The notes under the pieces are model-generated. The model was not told where the DNA came from. It searched no databases and saw nothing but the letters and a program-made list of their open reading frames with translations. Both the position numbers and the translations under genes were made by a program. DNA of 63,593 nucleotides, the filler included, from Octopus bimaculoides (lineage: Eukaryota), in NCBI RefSeq assembly GCF_001194135.2. It is 6 parts of 6 records of this genome, joined end to end, with 100 filler letters (N's around TTAATTAATTAA, not from the genome) between each part and the next. Parts side by side here need not be neighbours in the genome. Positions count along the whole stretch, not along the records: positions 1 to 14,135 come from NC_069002.1; positions 14,236 to 23,062 come from NC_069001.1; positions 23,163 to 51,203 come from NC_069003.1; 3 more parts are not named here. One strand, written 5' to 3'. Below are positions 11,434 to 25,229 of this stretch, one piece after another (position 1 is the stretch's first letter; each line of letters opens with the position of its first letter).

Positions 11434-13247
11434 GTAAGAATTATATTGTCATGCTATTTCTTCACTATGCACACTTTCCACTCATTTCTAAGGTGTTTTA
11501 TCATTGTTGCCGTGTAGCCCAGATTAAAACTGTCAAGCAGGTCTTTGATCAAAAGCATTCCAACCGTGACCATATAGAGTTTCATTTCCAATATCTCCTT
11601 TCTTTATTTACGAGTGTGGAGTATGCGAGTCGATGGAGATTTGGCTGTTGTTTCTACCAGGTCGAACGTCCACGTAGAGCAACCTTTGGAATTTATATCC
11701 CTTTTAGATATTGCATACATCATAATTTGAAAACATGACTGTTGTTGATGTTAAACCCTAGGTCAATTCTGATCGAACAGCGTTTTGATTGAAGTTATTC
11801 CAGTCATGACTATTCTGTCTTTTTNNNNNNNNNNNNNNNNNNNNNNNNNNNNNNNNNNNNNNNNNNNNNNNNNNNNNNNNNNNNNNNNNNNNNNNNNNNN
11901 NNNNNNNNNNNNNNTATATATATATATGAGTGTACGTGTACATAGACAAAGAGAGAGAGAGAGATTGCCAAATGTTTCCTTACTCCTTTACTACAGAAGG
12001 AGAATAGAGTACGATTTGGTGAAGACTTGGATGCTATCTCCTGCACCTCAAACAACTGCGAAATTGCACCTCTAGAAATGGCATGAGTTCTTAGGAGTTT
12101 TAAGAATTTATAACAGCTGGAATAAAAATTAGAAGAATATTAATTTCATAGATTGACATGGCGATTTGATTATTACGTAATTTTGAACTTATTGATTTAT
12201 TTGAAGGACAGGTTGGATTCATTGACCTTTACTGGGTCTCCTTGACCCAGTAGGATCTGATCAATGTGGTTTATTTTCAATTTGAATTGTAAATAAGTGT
12301 TTACTTAACCGGTTAAATAGACATCGGTACACTCATACACTGGAGCTAACACAAGAGCCCCAAAATGATCGCTCGACCTGCAAAAGATAGCAACCAAATC
12401 ATAATCTGACATCTGATAAAAACGAAAACCATTGGATAACGAACTTCCAGTCATAAAAAGATAGAATGGTCATGGTTTTATCTTTCATTTTTTGGGCTCT
12501 AGATGAAGGAGCAGTGTCCATAGCCTTCATGGACTCTTCAAGCCTGGTGGTACTGATGCTGTTAATTCTCCACTTAAACTGTAACATCCTCAGGAAAAGC
12601 TTATGCAGGAAAGTAGACATGATTTGAGAATAAGCCTTTGTAGCGAAGTCGCTCTGGTATAATAAATATTAAATAGATATACTAATGTATATGTTTTGTG
12701 TATTTTCCGGTAGCTGCAATGGCGTAGCGAAATATATAACTCACACGTCATCGGTGTTAAAACACCTTAGAGTCATGGACAGGCGAGATAACTCGCCTTC
12801 AATCCCATTTGGGAGGGATGGACATCGATGTTTCGGTATTTTCGTAACTTGTCAACACCACGCACCCGCATGGGATGAAGGCAAGTCATCTGGTCAGTCC
12901 AATGACCTATATGCTCGTGGCTTGTTGGTATGACCGGAAATTGCACACCTACAAGAGGATTTACATATGGCTGTGTGGTAAGACACTTGCTTTCCAACCA
13001 CATGGTTCCGGGTTCAGTTCCACTGTATGGCATTTTGGGCAAGTGTCTTCTACTATAGACTCGGGACAACCAAAGCCTTGTGAATGGATATGGTAGACGG
13101 AAACTGAAAGAAGCTCGTCGTATGTATATGTGTATATATATATATATNNNNNNNNNNNNNNNNNNNNNNNNNNNNNNNNNNNNNNNNNNNNNNNNNNNNN
13201 NNNNNNNNNNNNNNNNNNNNNNNNNNNNNNNNNNNNNNNNNNNNNNN

Positions 13248-14135
13248 GCACAGAAATATATACTCCTAACACTCCACACTTTAATCTAAAAGATCATGAA
13301 CTAGATTTCAATATTAATCCCGCTGTTAGACTAATTTGTCCTACTAAATCAGATCTCGAGAGAGTAAGTAAGAACATACTAGATAGAATTGTTCCTATAA
13401 TAAAGAAAAACTTAATTCTAATTTATGGTTCAATACGGGAGAAGTAATCTCTTGGTTTCACTTATTACCTAATAAGACTAGCTTATCTTTTATACAATTT
13501 GATATCAATAATTATTATACTTCCATATTACCTATTATATTAAATAAAGCATTAATTTTAGCTAAAAATCTTACTGACATTACACCACTTGAAATTGACA
13601 TTATTCAACTAGCTAGAAAAACATTAATAAAATTCAATGATAAATTATGGTGTAGATCAGGTAACAACAGTTTATTCAATTTATTTGATATCACAATGGG
13701 ATCATCCGATTCGGCACAAATAACAGATTTAGTGGGATTATACTTACTAAACGAAACTAAACATTATTTTCCATCCTTGAAAGGAGGAATATATAGGGAT
13801 GACTCACTCCTTATATATAATGGTAGGTCTAAAAGAAAAATAGGAAAGTTAAGAGAAGATTTACATAAATTCTATAAAAATTTTGGCTTATCCATCACAT
13901 TTGAAGAAAGTTATACTAAAGCAAATTTTTTAGATGTAACGTTAGACCTCAATACTTCAACATATTCTCCATATCATAAACCAAATGAATATCTCAAATA
14001 CGTAAATGTAAATTCAAATCATCATAGTTCAGTACTTAAAAGTCTAGTAAATAATATTTCTATAAGAATATCTGATTTATCATATAATGAGGAAATCTTT
14101 AATTGCCATGCTGATTATTATAATCAAGCGTTACG
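13248..14135 (+). mobile_element. Penelope-like element reverse transcriptase (Naiad-like), one frameshift near 13420, both ends in gaps
   Basis: PAVRLICPTKSDL, QFDINNYYTSI, FDITMGSSDSAQITDLVGLYLL, GIYRDDSL, NFLDVTLDL and YHKPNEYLKYVNVNSNH motifs. Confidence 0.88.
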
Positions 14136-14440
14136 NNNNNNNNNNNNNNNNNNNNNNNNNNNNNNNNNNNNNNNNNNNNTTAATTAATTAANNNNNNNNN
14201 NNNNNNNNNNNNNNNNNNNNNNNNNNNNNNNNNNNGACAGCGGTCATGCTGGGGCACTGCCCATTGAAGGGTTTGGTCGGGAAGACCGATCCTAGTACTT
14301 ACGTTTTTACTATAAGAAAAAAAAAATCTGACGCATAATTCTGTCCGTGTCTTTTACCGAAGCGCTAAGTTAAGGGAAGTCAACAAACCAGCAGCGACTG
14401 TCAATCGGTAGGGACAAACAGAAACACAAAGCCATATAGG

Positions 14441-14473
<33 letters not shown>

Positions 14474-14485
14474 ACACACACACAG

Positions 14486-14516
<31 letters not shown>

Positions 14517-14538
14517 CATACACACACACATTATATTT

Positions 14539-14571
<33 letters not shown>

Positions 14572-14694
14572 AATATGTAATAGTATATATACATCTTTAT
14601 ATACATATTTATATATACATCTTTTCACAATCTAATGTGAGACGCCCATCATCTGACAAGATGAAGCAATCATCATCATCGTCATCATCATCAG

Positions 14695-14751
<57 letters not shown>

Positions 14752-14776
14752 TATCATTATCATCTATGTATATATC

Positions 14777-14856
14777 TCATTGTTCAGTTTTATTTCAAGA
14801 TATCTTACCAACAGAGAAAGAGCCGGTTTCTAACCTAGATTGAAGACTCCTTCATG
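14777..14856 (-). mobile_element. Short 3' terminal fragment of the same family as 22228-22710
   Basis: tcattgttcagttttatttcaaga...gaaagagccggtttctaacctaga is homologous to the reverse complement of ~22630-22710. Abuts a (TATG)n tract. Confidence 0.75.
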
Positions 14857-14940
14857 TATGTATTATGTACGTATGTATGTTTGTATATGTACGTATGTAT
14901 ATATGTATGCATGTATGTATTTATATATTTATATAAATTG

Positions 14941-14981
<41 letters not shown>

Positions 14982-15147
14982 CAACCCTAATTGTGCTTAT
15001 GTGCATCACTACCTCCATATCAGCTCACCTTGGATTTCTCTTGTAGCCACACTTGACGCGGTAGACCTACTCCTGATTGAAGAATCCATTTGAGCACCAC
15101 TACGTGGTTTTTCTATCCTGAGAATTTCTAGCTCTCCCCTATTGGCT

Positions 15148-15200
<53 letters not shown>

Positions 15201-15263
15201 AGGAGAGAGAGAGAAAGCGAGGCAGAAAGAGGGTATATGACACTGATAGATAGACAGACAGTC

Positions 15264-15305
<42 letters not shown>

Positions 15306-15984
15306 GTTGACGCGATGTGCCGTTATCTGCCGTTCTGAGGTCAAAAGACTTGGATAAATGTTTTTTGATGTCCACAACCGAAACATATGTTGGCATATTG
15401 AAAAACGAACGAAGAAAACGCTAGTGAATAAATATATAAATCAATTATTGTATGTCTACATATAAACCAGCAGAAATCTATGCTGCAAGACAATGCGTGT
15501 ATTTACATGCATGCATGCACGTATGCCTTTCTAACTTTATTAAGGCTATATAAAGCTCTTTTATATACATTTCTTTGCGGGGTTCTAGATGTATATTCTA
15601 TTATATTCTACTCATTTTCTTTATATTTCTTTTTTGTAAACGGAGAATGTAGAAATAGCCGAGATTCGAAGAAAGATATAAAAAAGAAAATGTCTACGTT
15701 GTTGTCGTCTGCTTTGCTGTCGTCTGCTGCCATCTGCTACACACAGCTATGTAAATGGATCAATATGAGTGCTTGTGTGCGTCTCCGTGCATATGCAAGA
15801 GTGACTGTACTTGTGCGTTTTTTTATGTTTGCGTGTGTATGTGAGCGTACATGATTGCGCATATTGTTTATACATATACATACATACAAATATATACATA
15901 CATATACGCACATACTTCAAGCGTACAGAATTTCTAATGTTGACGATGCGATTGCTGTTGAGAGTAATAGGTTTGCGTTGGTAA

Positions 15985-16225
15985 TTTGTGAAAGTTAAGG
16001 CTCTGTATTCCATGGCTGGTGATGCCCAGGCATGCGCTGAGTTTGCGGCATTTGCAAAGATTCCTGGACGGTGAGAAGGTGTGGTTACCGTTTGTAAGGC
16101 ACGTTTTTCTACAGCTTCTCTCTTTGGCGGAGCTGCAATCCTGGGTCAAGCGAAGACGAAGATTGGGCATCTGGCATCTGGAATGTTGTCAGGCGTGCGC
16201 AGCTATGTTAATTTCTAGTCGGTAT
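15985..16225 (+). mobile_element. L1/Tx1-type LINE ORF2 fragment
   Basis: Frame LCIPWLVMPRHALSLRHLQRFLDGEKVWLPFVRHVFLQLLSLAELQSWVKRR resembles the post-RT region of Tx1-like elements. Confidence 0.55.
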
Positions 16226-17363
16226 TTTTCTACTAATGCAGTTACTTTTCTTTTTAATTTTATATAGGATGGTAGTGCTATAGACTATATTTTTTTCTAT
16301 CTAGCTTTGTGGCGTACTTGACGGTGTAATGTACCGCGATGTCTTCTTGTTGAAAGTACATTATCAATTGAGAAGACCTTGAAATATTAATGGAATTGCC
16401 AACATTATTGTCTCAAATTATACACAAAGAAGTAATTAAGAATATGAAAAATCATTAAAAACATTAAACTTGGACACGAGTCATAAGTGCTGAGGAGAAA
16501 GAGACACTTGAGGGACATATGGTCATTGATAAGGTCACAGACAGTAACGAAAGGACTTTGGCGGATTAAACGACTACTAGTTGGTCAATTGATTAATTTT
16601 CTAATTGATTGGAAATAAAACTGCAGTATGAGTGCTTTTATTGGCAGTATGACTCTCCTAACCACAACAATAGGATTCTTATTCTTTTACTTATTTCACT
16701 CAATGGAAATAAGTGGCGAACTATCCAAATTTTAACAACCAGTTTCTTAAGCTGCCATATTTTAAATACACACTGCTTAAAAATTGAAAAAATCGGAATT
16801 CGGGAATCAAATATTGAGAACTCTTCAGAAATTGTAATACAATTCAATTTTAACATAATGAATTATTTGGAAGAAAACAAATATTTGAACTTCAGTTTTA
16901 TCAAACTTCAAATTTTACATACATGGAATAAGGCCACAGAAACCGATGCCTTGACAGGTGGTTACAAGTGCAATTCATTGCTAAAACTTGAGACAGGTGA
17001 AGAACTCCTTTTGGCGCCCTATGTTCCACCAAAAAGGGTCAGAGGAATTAATTAAGAATCTTTTATCTTTTATCTTTTACTTGTTTCAGTCGTCTGACTA
17101 CGGCCATGCTGGGGCACCGCCTTGATGACGTTTTTAGTCGAATGAATCGATCCCAGTACAAACGCACATTATATTTGCTTCAGTTATTGGACTTCGACCA
17201 TACAGGAGCAGCACGTTGAAGGCTTTTAGTCTAACAAATGGACTCCAGTAATTATTTTAAAGCCGAGTATATACATATGTGTGTATGTGTGTATATGTAT
17301 GTGTGTGTGTTATACGTGTGTGTATGTGTATAGACAGACAGACAGGCAGATAGATAGATACAT

Positions 17364-17398
<35 letters not shown>

Positions 17399-17559
17399 CA
17401 AACAGACAGACACACACACAAATAGATAGATAGATAGATAGATAGAGAGATAGATAGATAGATAGGTAGGTAGGTAGGTAGGTAGGTAGGTAGGTAGGTA
17501 GAGCAATAAGCACAAAATAATATACAAGAAGACAACACAAGAAAGACAAGTAATAATGA

Positions 17560-17632
17560 ATGTATTAACTTAACGCTTAAAGGAAGGGAAAGCATCTTGA
17601 CGTTTCGGAAACAAGTCGTTCATCGAAAGTTT
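17560..17632 (-). mobile_element. Degenerate hammerhead-bearing Penelope-type terminal repeat (family H3)
   Basis: Reverse complement TCGATGA-A...CC-GAAACGTC^AAG. The flank tattaacttaacgct...gaaag is shared with the 25.3 and 50.6 kb copies. Confidence 0.45.
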
Positions 17633-18284
17633 ATTGGAGAAAGCTAGCGGAAAGAGAAAGAGAAAACTGGTTAGAAGAATATATGTGTGCGTGCGCATGT
17701 GTGTGCGTTTTTAAGCGTGCGTTCTTGTGTGTGTGTGCATGTGTGTATCCATCTATGCCAATCTGTGTATCTGTTTTTAACGTAAACCTATATTCATGCA
17801 CATCCCTGCAGTTGTGTGTACATATACACACATAATTGTCAATGCGTATACAATGATCAATGAGTGGTTGAATATGGTTCCGCACACAGTAGTAGTAGCT
17901 GGCATTGGTGAAATTGAAACGATTATTAGGGAAAATAGACAAATGTTTTCACAAAACACATTTGTGAGCGCTTGTGTATATGTAAGCGTGAGCATGAATA
18001 AATGTGTATACATATATACATATATATACACATGCTACCGGTATGTTTTGTATGGTTGCATTGCTTGTAGCTCTATCTAGGTGTATGTGTTTGTGTGTAT
18101 GTGCGCGTGCATGTGTATAAATGCGTGTGCATGTGTATGTATGTATGTGTGTGTGCGCGTGTGTGTTCGTTGATTCCCAGAGATGGATGGATAAATATTT
18201 ACATCATACACACATAGACGGAAACGTGCGTTTGTCGGTAGCTTACTAAGATTATACATACGTTAATTTACACACACACACACA

Positions 18285-18329
<45 letters not shown>

Positions 18330-18429
18330 GTATATACGTATACATACACACGCATACATATACATATATATGTATATATATTTATATACATGACTATAGT
18401 TATGCACATATATATATGCTAACTATTGT

Positions 18430-18462
<33 letters not shown>

Positions 18463-18930
18463 ATTTGTATGCGTGTGTATATATAATATTCATATATATG
18501 TGTACATATTACATATATTGGTACATATGAAAATGTATCTATATACATATATAAGTCAATATATGTGTATGTAGAAGTACATGTGCATATATATATATAT
18601 ACATACATAGATAAGTACATAATACCTGCATACATACATACATACATACATACATACATACATACATACATACATACATACATACATGCATACATACCTA
18701 CGTACATACGTATGTACATACGTACTAGGTTGAAGCCAGTGAGGATAGACATACAAACAGAGATATAGACGTATAAACAGACAGACAGATAGATAAACAG
18801 ACAAAACATAAGAGTCTTCCAGATCAAAGCGAAAATTGCAATGCCATCCACCAAACTATACATACTACATACTCTCAGCAAAAGATTTTTTTTTTCCTTT
18901 CGTCAGATTGTTAAATAAAACACCAAACAC

Positions 18931-18977
<47 letters not shown>

Positions 18978-20102
18978 GTGATAGTGATGGTGATGGTGGT
19001 GGTGGTGTTGGTGTTGGTGAGGGTGGCTGGCGCTGAAACAAACAGAAATAAATTTTAAAAGAGAGTTTTGGGAACTTACCGCCCATCAACCTGTATCCGG
19101 TTTGGGCGGAGAGGATTTGAGATCAAACACTGTTAGCAGCTCTTTGCAGAAGTGNNNNNNNNNNNNNNNNNNNNNNNNNNNNNNNNNNNNNNNNNNNNNN
19201 NNNNNNNNNNNNNNNNNNNNNNNNNNNNNNNNNNNNNNNNNNNNNNNNNNNNNNNNNNNNNNNNNNNNNNNNNNNNNNNNNNNNNNNNNNNNNNNNNNNN
19301 NNNNNNNNNNNNNNNNNNNNNNNNNNNNNNNNNNNNNNNNNNNNNNNNNNNNNNNNNNNNNNNNNNNNNNNNNNNNNNNNNNNNNNNNNNNNNNNNNNNN
19401 NNNNNNNNNNNNNNNNNNNNNNNNNNNNNNNNNNNNNNNNNNNNNNNNNNNNNNNNNNNNNNNNNNNNNNNNNNNNNNNNNNNNNNNNNNNNNNNNNNNN
19501 NNNNNNNNNNNNNNNNNNNNNNNNNNNNNNNNNNNNNNNNNNNNNNNNNNNNNNNNNNNNNNNNNNNNNNNNNNNNNNNNNNNNNNNNNNNNNNNNNNNN
19601 NNNNNNNNNNNNNNNNNNNNNNNNNNNNNNNNNNNNNNNNNNNNNNNNNNNNNNNNNNNNNNNNNNNNNNNNNNNNNNNNNNNNNNNNNNNNNNNNNNNN
19701 NNNNNNNNNNNNNNNNNNNNNNNNNNNNNNNNNNNNNNNNNNNNNNNNNNNNNNNNNNNNNNNNNNNNNNNNNNNNNNNNNNNNNNNNNNNNNNNNNNNN
19801 NNNNNNNNNNNNNNNNNNNNNNNNNNNNNNNNNNNNNNNNNNNNNNNNNNNNNNNNNNNNNNNNNNNNNNNNNNNNNNNNNNNNNNNNNNNNNNNNNNNN
19901 NNNNNNNNNNNNNNNNNNNNNNNNNNNNNNNNNNNNNNNNNNNNNNNNNNNNNNNNNNNNNNNNNNNNNNNNNNNNNNNNNNNNNNNNNNNNNNNNCTAC
20001 TACCACCACCACTACAACTGCTACTATTGCTACAACGATTACACTACTACCACTACCAATACTGCTAACACCACTACTGACACTACCATTACTACCACCA
20101 GA

Positions 20103-20149
<47 letters not shown>

Positions 20150-21079
20150 CACTACCGCCATCCCCACCACCACCACCACCAACAACACCACTACCATCAC
20201 CTCTACAACGACGACGACGACGACCACCACTACTGCTACAGCTAGGACTAGAAGTACTACTTCTACCATAACTAATAAAACCACCACCACTACCACCACC
20301 AACACCACCACCACCACCACTACTACTTTAGCTGCGTTCATGTTTTTTTTGCAATTTTTATTGTTTTTTTTTACCGTTTCCACTTCGTTGTTGATGTGAT
20401 GTTATGTAAGTCAAAGCGATTCCTGTTATTTGTCCGTCAACAGTCACTCTTCGACATATTCCAGTCGGCTTGTTCTGAGGTTGTCAGGGGTTTTTCTNNN
20501 NNNNNNNNNNNNNNNNNNNNNNNNNNNNNNNNNNNNNNNNNNNNNNNNNNNNNNNNNNNNNNNNNNNNNNNNNNNNNNNNNNNNNNNNNNNNNNNNNNNN
20601 NNNNNNNNNNNNNNNNNNNNNNNNNNNNNNNNNNNNNNNNNNNNNNNNNNNNNNNNNNNNNNNNNNNNNNNNNNNNNNNNNNNNNNNNNNNNNNNNNNNN
20701 NNNNNNNNNNNNNNNNNNNNNNNNNNNNNNNNNNNNNNNNNNNNNNNNNNNNNNNNNNNNNNNNNNNNNNNNNNNNNNNNNNNNNNNNNNNNNNNNNNNN
20801 NNNNNNNNNNNNNNNNNNNNNNNNNNNNNNNNNNNNNNNNNNNNNNNNNNNNNNNNNNNNNNNNNNNNNNNNNNNNNNNNNNNNNNNNNNNNNNNNNNNN
20901 NNNNNNNNNNNNNNNNNNNNNNNNNNNNNNNNNNNNNNNNNNNNNNNNNNNNNNNNNNNNNNNNNNNNNNNNNNNNNNNNNNNNNNNNNNNNNNNNNNNN
21001 NNNNNNNNNNNNNNNNNNNNNNNNNNNNNCCAGCACTAGTAGTAGTAGTAGTAGTGGTGGTGGTGGTGGGAGTAGTAGT

Positions 21080-21147
<68 letters not shown>

Positions 21148-21205
21148 CACCACCACCAGCACTAGTAGTAGTAGTAGTAGTGGTGGTGGTGGTGGGAGTA
21201 GTAGT

Positions 21206-21263
<58 letters not shown>

Positions 21264-22227
21264 CGAAGAAGTAAACAAGTCTAACAGCAACAACAACAAC
21301 AGCAGCAGCAGCAGCAACAGTGACCAGTTCAAAGATCGAATTAGAACGTTAATCGATATTAACGATGTGCAAGACAAATTTGAGTAAGCATTAAACCGAA
21401 CATTAAAAAAAAAAATATCAATCTATGAAACCAGTGGTAGAGACATTCAATTTCTCTCTATGTGTAAGAGTTATTGAAACAGACGACGGGAGATAATCAC
21501 ACGAAGGAGAAGATAGGGAAAGAAAAGATTATCCACAGACGTGACTGTTTGGTAGGAAGTTTCCTTCGCAAACAACATGGGCAAGTTTCTTCAATTATAG
21601 CCCCCTGGCTGATAAAAACCTTGTGAGTAGATTTGTTTGACGAAAACTGAAAGAAGCCTGTCGTGTATATATATTGTGTTGCTATCATAAGAATCTTTTA
21701 GACTTGCGAAAGAACGTAAAATAATTCTATTTTGGAATATCACGAAGGACACACATAAAGCTTTTTCTATCGAAAAATGATTTTTGCAACCCAATGTTTA
21801 TGCTGTGTCGACGCCCCCAAGCGAATAAGTAGGATCGTCCAAGACATATAAATAGAGGTAGTTTAGCCGTGGTAGAGGAGTTGAGTGACTGTTGAGTAGC
21901 TGACGAGGAGCAGCCGAGTAGCGGTTGAGTAGAGATCATCCGAAGGTGCTAGATAGCAGTAACTTTAGACATAACAGTTTACATGTTATTTTTCATAGCC
22001 TTATGCAAGTTCTTCGAGATATGCCATTACAAAAAAGAACTGTGTGCGTGTGTGTGTATGTGTGTGTGTTTATTTAGGTGTGTATTTATGTTCGTGTAGC
22101 GTTTTGTGTTTATGTTTGTTCATCACCACGGCTTAACAGCTGATGTTAGTTTGTTTTCATACTTGTACCTAGCGGTTCGACAAAAGTCACCGATAGAATA
22201 ATATACATAAAAGACACCGATAGAAAT

Positions 22228-22710
22228 TAGCTGAACTATTGAGAAATCTGCAGTTACTCTATCCAGATTCTCAGGTTTATGCCTGTAATTATTGGGGCCC
22301 AGGGATATGTAACATACAGCTTAAATAGCAATCTTGAGAAATTAGTCTTCTCAAAACCAGAAAGGAGAAAGCTTATTCGAAGACTACGGATCCAGTCCAT
22401 CACTGGAACTGTAAAAATCTGTAAAACTTTATAGTAGTTTATCATTTGAATATATGTGAGCATGTCTAGATATGCAACTATATGCATGAGAATACATACG
22501 TAAAGGAAAACATACAAATCTGCACTTATACATACATACAAAAATACATACATACATACATACATACATACATACATACATACATACATACATACATACA
22601 AAAGTACCCTGTTGTTGATATTGAAATTCCAATGAAGAGACCTCGGATCTTGATTAGAAACCGGTTCTTTCTCTATTGGCAAAAAATCTTGAAATAAAAC
22701 TGAACAATGA
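22228..22710 (+). mobile_element. 3' end of a second RLE-type non-LTR retrotransposon lineage, ending in (CATA)n
   Basis: AELLRNLQLLYPD / FMPVIIGAQGYV...LIRRLRIQSITGTVKICKT (frameshifted). The 3' UTR contains internal (TACA)n and ends GAAATAAAACTGAACAATGA-CATACATAC. Confidence 0.75.
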
Positions 22711-22837
22711 CATACATACACTCATACATGCATGCATGCATATATACATACATTCATTCATAGATATATACATTCATAGATACATACATTCATTCACAGA
22801 TACATACATTCATTCACAGATGCATACATTTATAGAT

Positions 22838-22896
<59 letters not shown>

Positions 22897-23241
22897 CTTT
22901 AAACGTCTAACGTTGTACAACCAAAGATGATAAACGTTGTGGATCTTGTGGTTTCCAAAGGAAGGAGACAAACAGCAAAGATAAGATGCGATGAGTAAAA
23001 ACATAGTTTAGAAACATTAACAATTAGGGTGGTGAAGGTGGCGGTGGCGGCGGCGGCTCTGTNNNNNNNNNNNNNNNNNNNNNNNNNNNNNNNNNNNNNN
23101 NNNNNNTTAATTAATTAANNNNNNNNNNNNNNNNNNNNNNNNNNNNNNNNNNNNNNNNNNNNGTGGCGGTGGTGGCAGCGGCGGTGGTGCTGATGATGGT
23201 GGTGATGGTGTTGTTGCTGGTTGTGGTGATGGTGCTGGTGG

Positions 23242-23273
<32 letters not shown>

Positions 23274-23429
23274 GGGAAGGCGATGATGGTGGTGGTGGTG
23301 GTGAAGGTGGTGGTAATGATGATGATGACGATGATGATGATGATGATGATGATTGTGGTGATGGTGGTAGTGGTGGTGATGATGGTGGTGGTGTTGGTGA
23401 TGCAGTGGAGATTACGTTAAAAAGAAAAG

Positions 23430-23875
23430 TCATTGGTGCATTTCATGCAGGAAGTAAAAGATTACCGGTGCACTTTGTACAGAAAAATAGGATGAAATTA
23501 CTGCTGCACTTTGGGGTGGAACACACAAAAATTCTGGTGCAGAATATACAAAAAATACTGCTGCACTTTGTGGAAACTAAAAAAATATTCTTTATGCACT
23601 TGAGTGGAAAACAAAAAAAAAACAACTGATGCACTTTGTGTGGAAAATGCTTTTTTAAACATCATTGTTGCACTTTGCAGCAAAACAGAAAAACGTTGAT
23701 GCACTTTGTTTGAAAAAGAGTAAAATCCTGATGCATTTTGCAGAGTAAATAGAAAAATATTGGTGCATTTTGTTGAAAGCAAAAGAAAATTGTAAGTGCA
23801 GTTGTGAGGAAAACAAAAAATTGCTGTTGTACTTTGCATGGAAAATAGAAAAAAATTTGGTGCATTTTTGCATGA
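23430..23875. repeat. Degenerate ~32-bp tandem array, ~14 units, conserved TGCAYTTTG core with divergent A-rich spacers
   Basis: TGCA cores at about 23437, 23469, 23505, 23538, 23562, 23595, 23630, 23669, 23700, 23732, 23764, 23797, 23828 and 23860. Confidence 0.8.
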
Positions 23876-24140
23876 AAATTAGAAAAATTACTGGTCAGGA
23901 GACCGCATCATATGTTATCAATTTTAGATTCTATAGCTTGATGCCCTTTCTTATCATCAACCTATTTTACAGAGTGCCCTGGGGGTGTTTTATCATGGCA
24001 CCAACATTAGTGGGGTCGTCATGTCCTAGACAAGACAAGACAAGACTAAAGGGTTCTCTCTGCCATATACATTCTCAGCCTGTTTGCCATAAATGGGTTG
24101 GCTGTGTGTTGTCTGTATGTGCAGACAGATACACACACAG

Positions 24141-24227
<87 letters not shown>

Positions 24228-24241
24228 AATGTAAATATATG

Positions 24242-24315
<74 letters not shown>

Positions 24316-24692
24316 TATATAAAATTACAAGAATCAGTTTCAACAATGAGCAGTTTTCACACTGGCAAATGCTGGAAGAAATAATAATAATAATAATAAT
24401 AATAATGAAAACAGGCTATTGAAACCAAATTTCGTTTGATAATGTAACTTTATAATCTTTGCAGCCAGGCCTCAACTTGACGGATGGAATTCTCTGCAAA
24501 AAATGAAGATTAGGCATGCTACTGAAATCAATCTGATGGAAACTGGAATATTAAAGATTCCACACTCACCAGTTTTGTCATGAAATAATTCCTGTTGAAA
24601 GCTGTCTACATTAATATCCCAATAATCTGAATTGGATGATTCTAGACTAAACTGGTTTCTAACTAGTTTTAGTAGTTCTTTACTTCTCTATG

Positions 24693-24726
<34 letters not shown>

Positions 24727-25162
24727 TTTTTCTTTTTTTTTTTTGCCTTCTTTGTTACTTTTATTCCAAATTTCACAACAAATGAGGGAGACAGAATAAA
24801 AAGAGTTTTGGAGTTTTGACTTAAATTTCAACACAACTGACAAATTTGTAATTAATGGGTTTAAATTTAGTTACAAGGTCAACAATTTTGGCAGAGTGGA
24901 GTAAGTTGATTACATCAAATGTCTTCTTTTCATAAGTTCTGATTTAAAATCTTCCACCAAACCTAAATCATAATTTATGTTCCTAACACTAGCTTAATAA
25001 TAATTAAGTTGCTTTGCTAAATTCTATGTTATATTTAAAATATTTGAAAGAAACACAGAGCATCTCAAAATAAATACAGTAACCAAAGGACGGATATTTG
25101 TACCTGTAATTCAATGGGCTGGCTTTGTTACATTGTGTGTCACGCTGAATCTCCCTGAGAAC

Positions 25163-25207
<45 letters not shown>

Positions 25208-25229
25208 GAGAATATACAAATAATAACAA

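Noticed and set aside
11997-12086. Candidate third methyltransferase exon (KENRVRFGEDLDAIS...)
   Set aside because: It ends in a stop, lacks the expected motif and overlaps a decayed copy of a common repeat (gatttggctgctatttctag-like).
12210-12260. GF-IDL / LDP-like peptide as a methyltransferase exon 3
   Set aside because: The motifs lie in different frames and every phase-0 reading stops within 15 codons.
14180-14191. TTAATTAATTAA islands inside N runs (also 23107-23118, 51248-51259, 57602-57613, 62459-62470)
   Set aside because: Identical 12-mers centred in ~100-bp gaps, with stops in all six frames. These are scaffolding spacers, not biology.
21262-21383. Exon-like frame (CEEVNK...DQFKDRIRTLIDINDVQDKF) with a gtaagc donor
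   Set aside because: No polypyrimidine acceptor (it is preceded by (AGT)n) and no recognisable homology.
23430-23875. CRISPR-like repeat-spacer appearance
   Set aside because: The core is only ~9-12 bp and degenerate, spacers are homologous A-tracts, there are no cas genes and the context is eukaryotic. Kept only as a periodic motif array.
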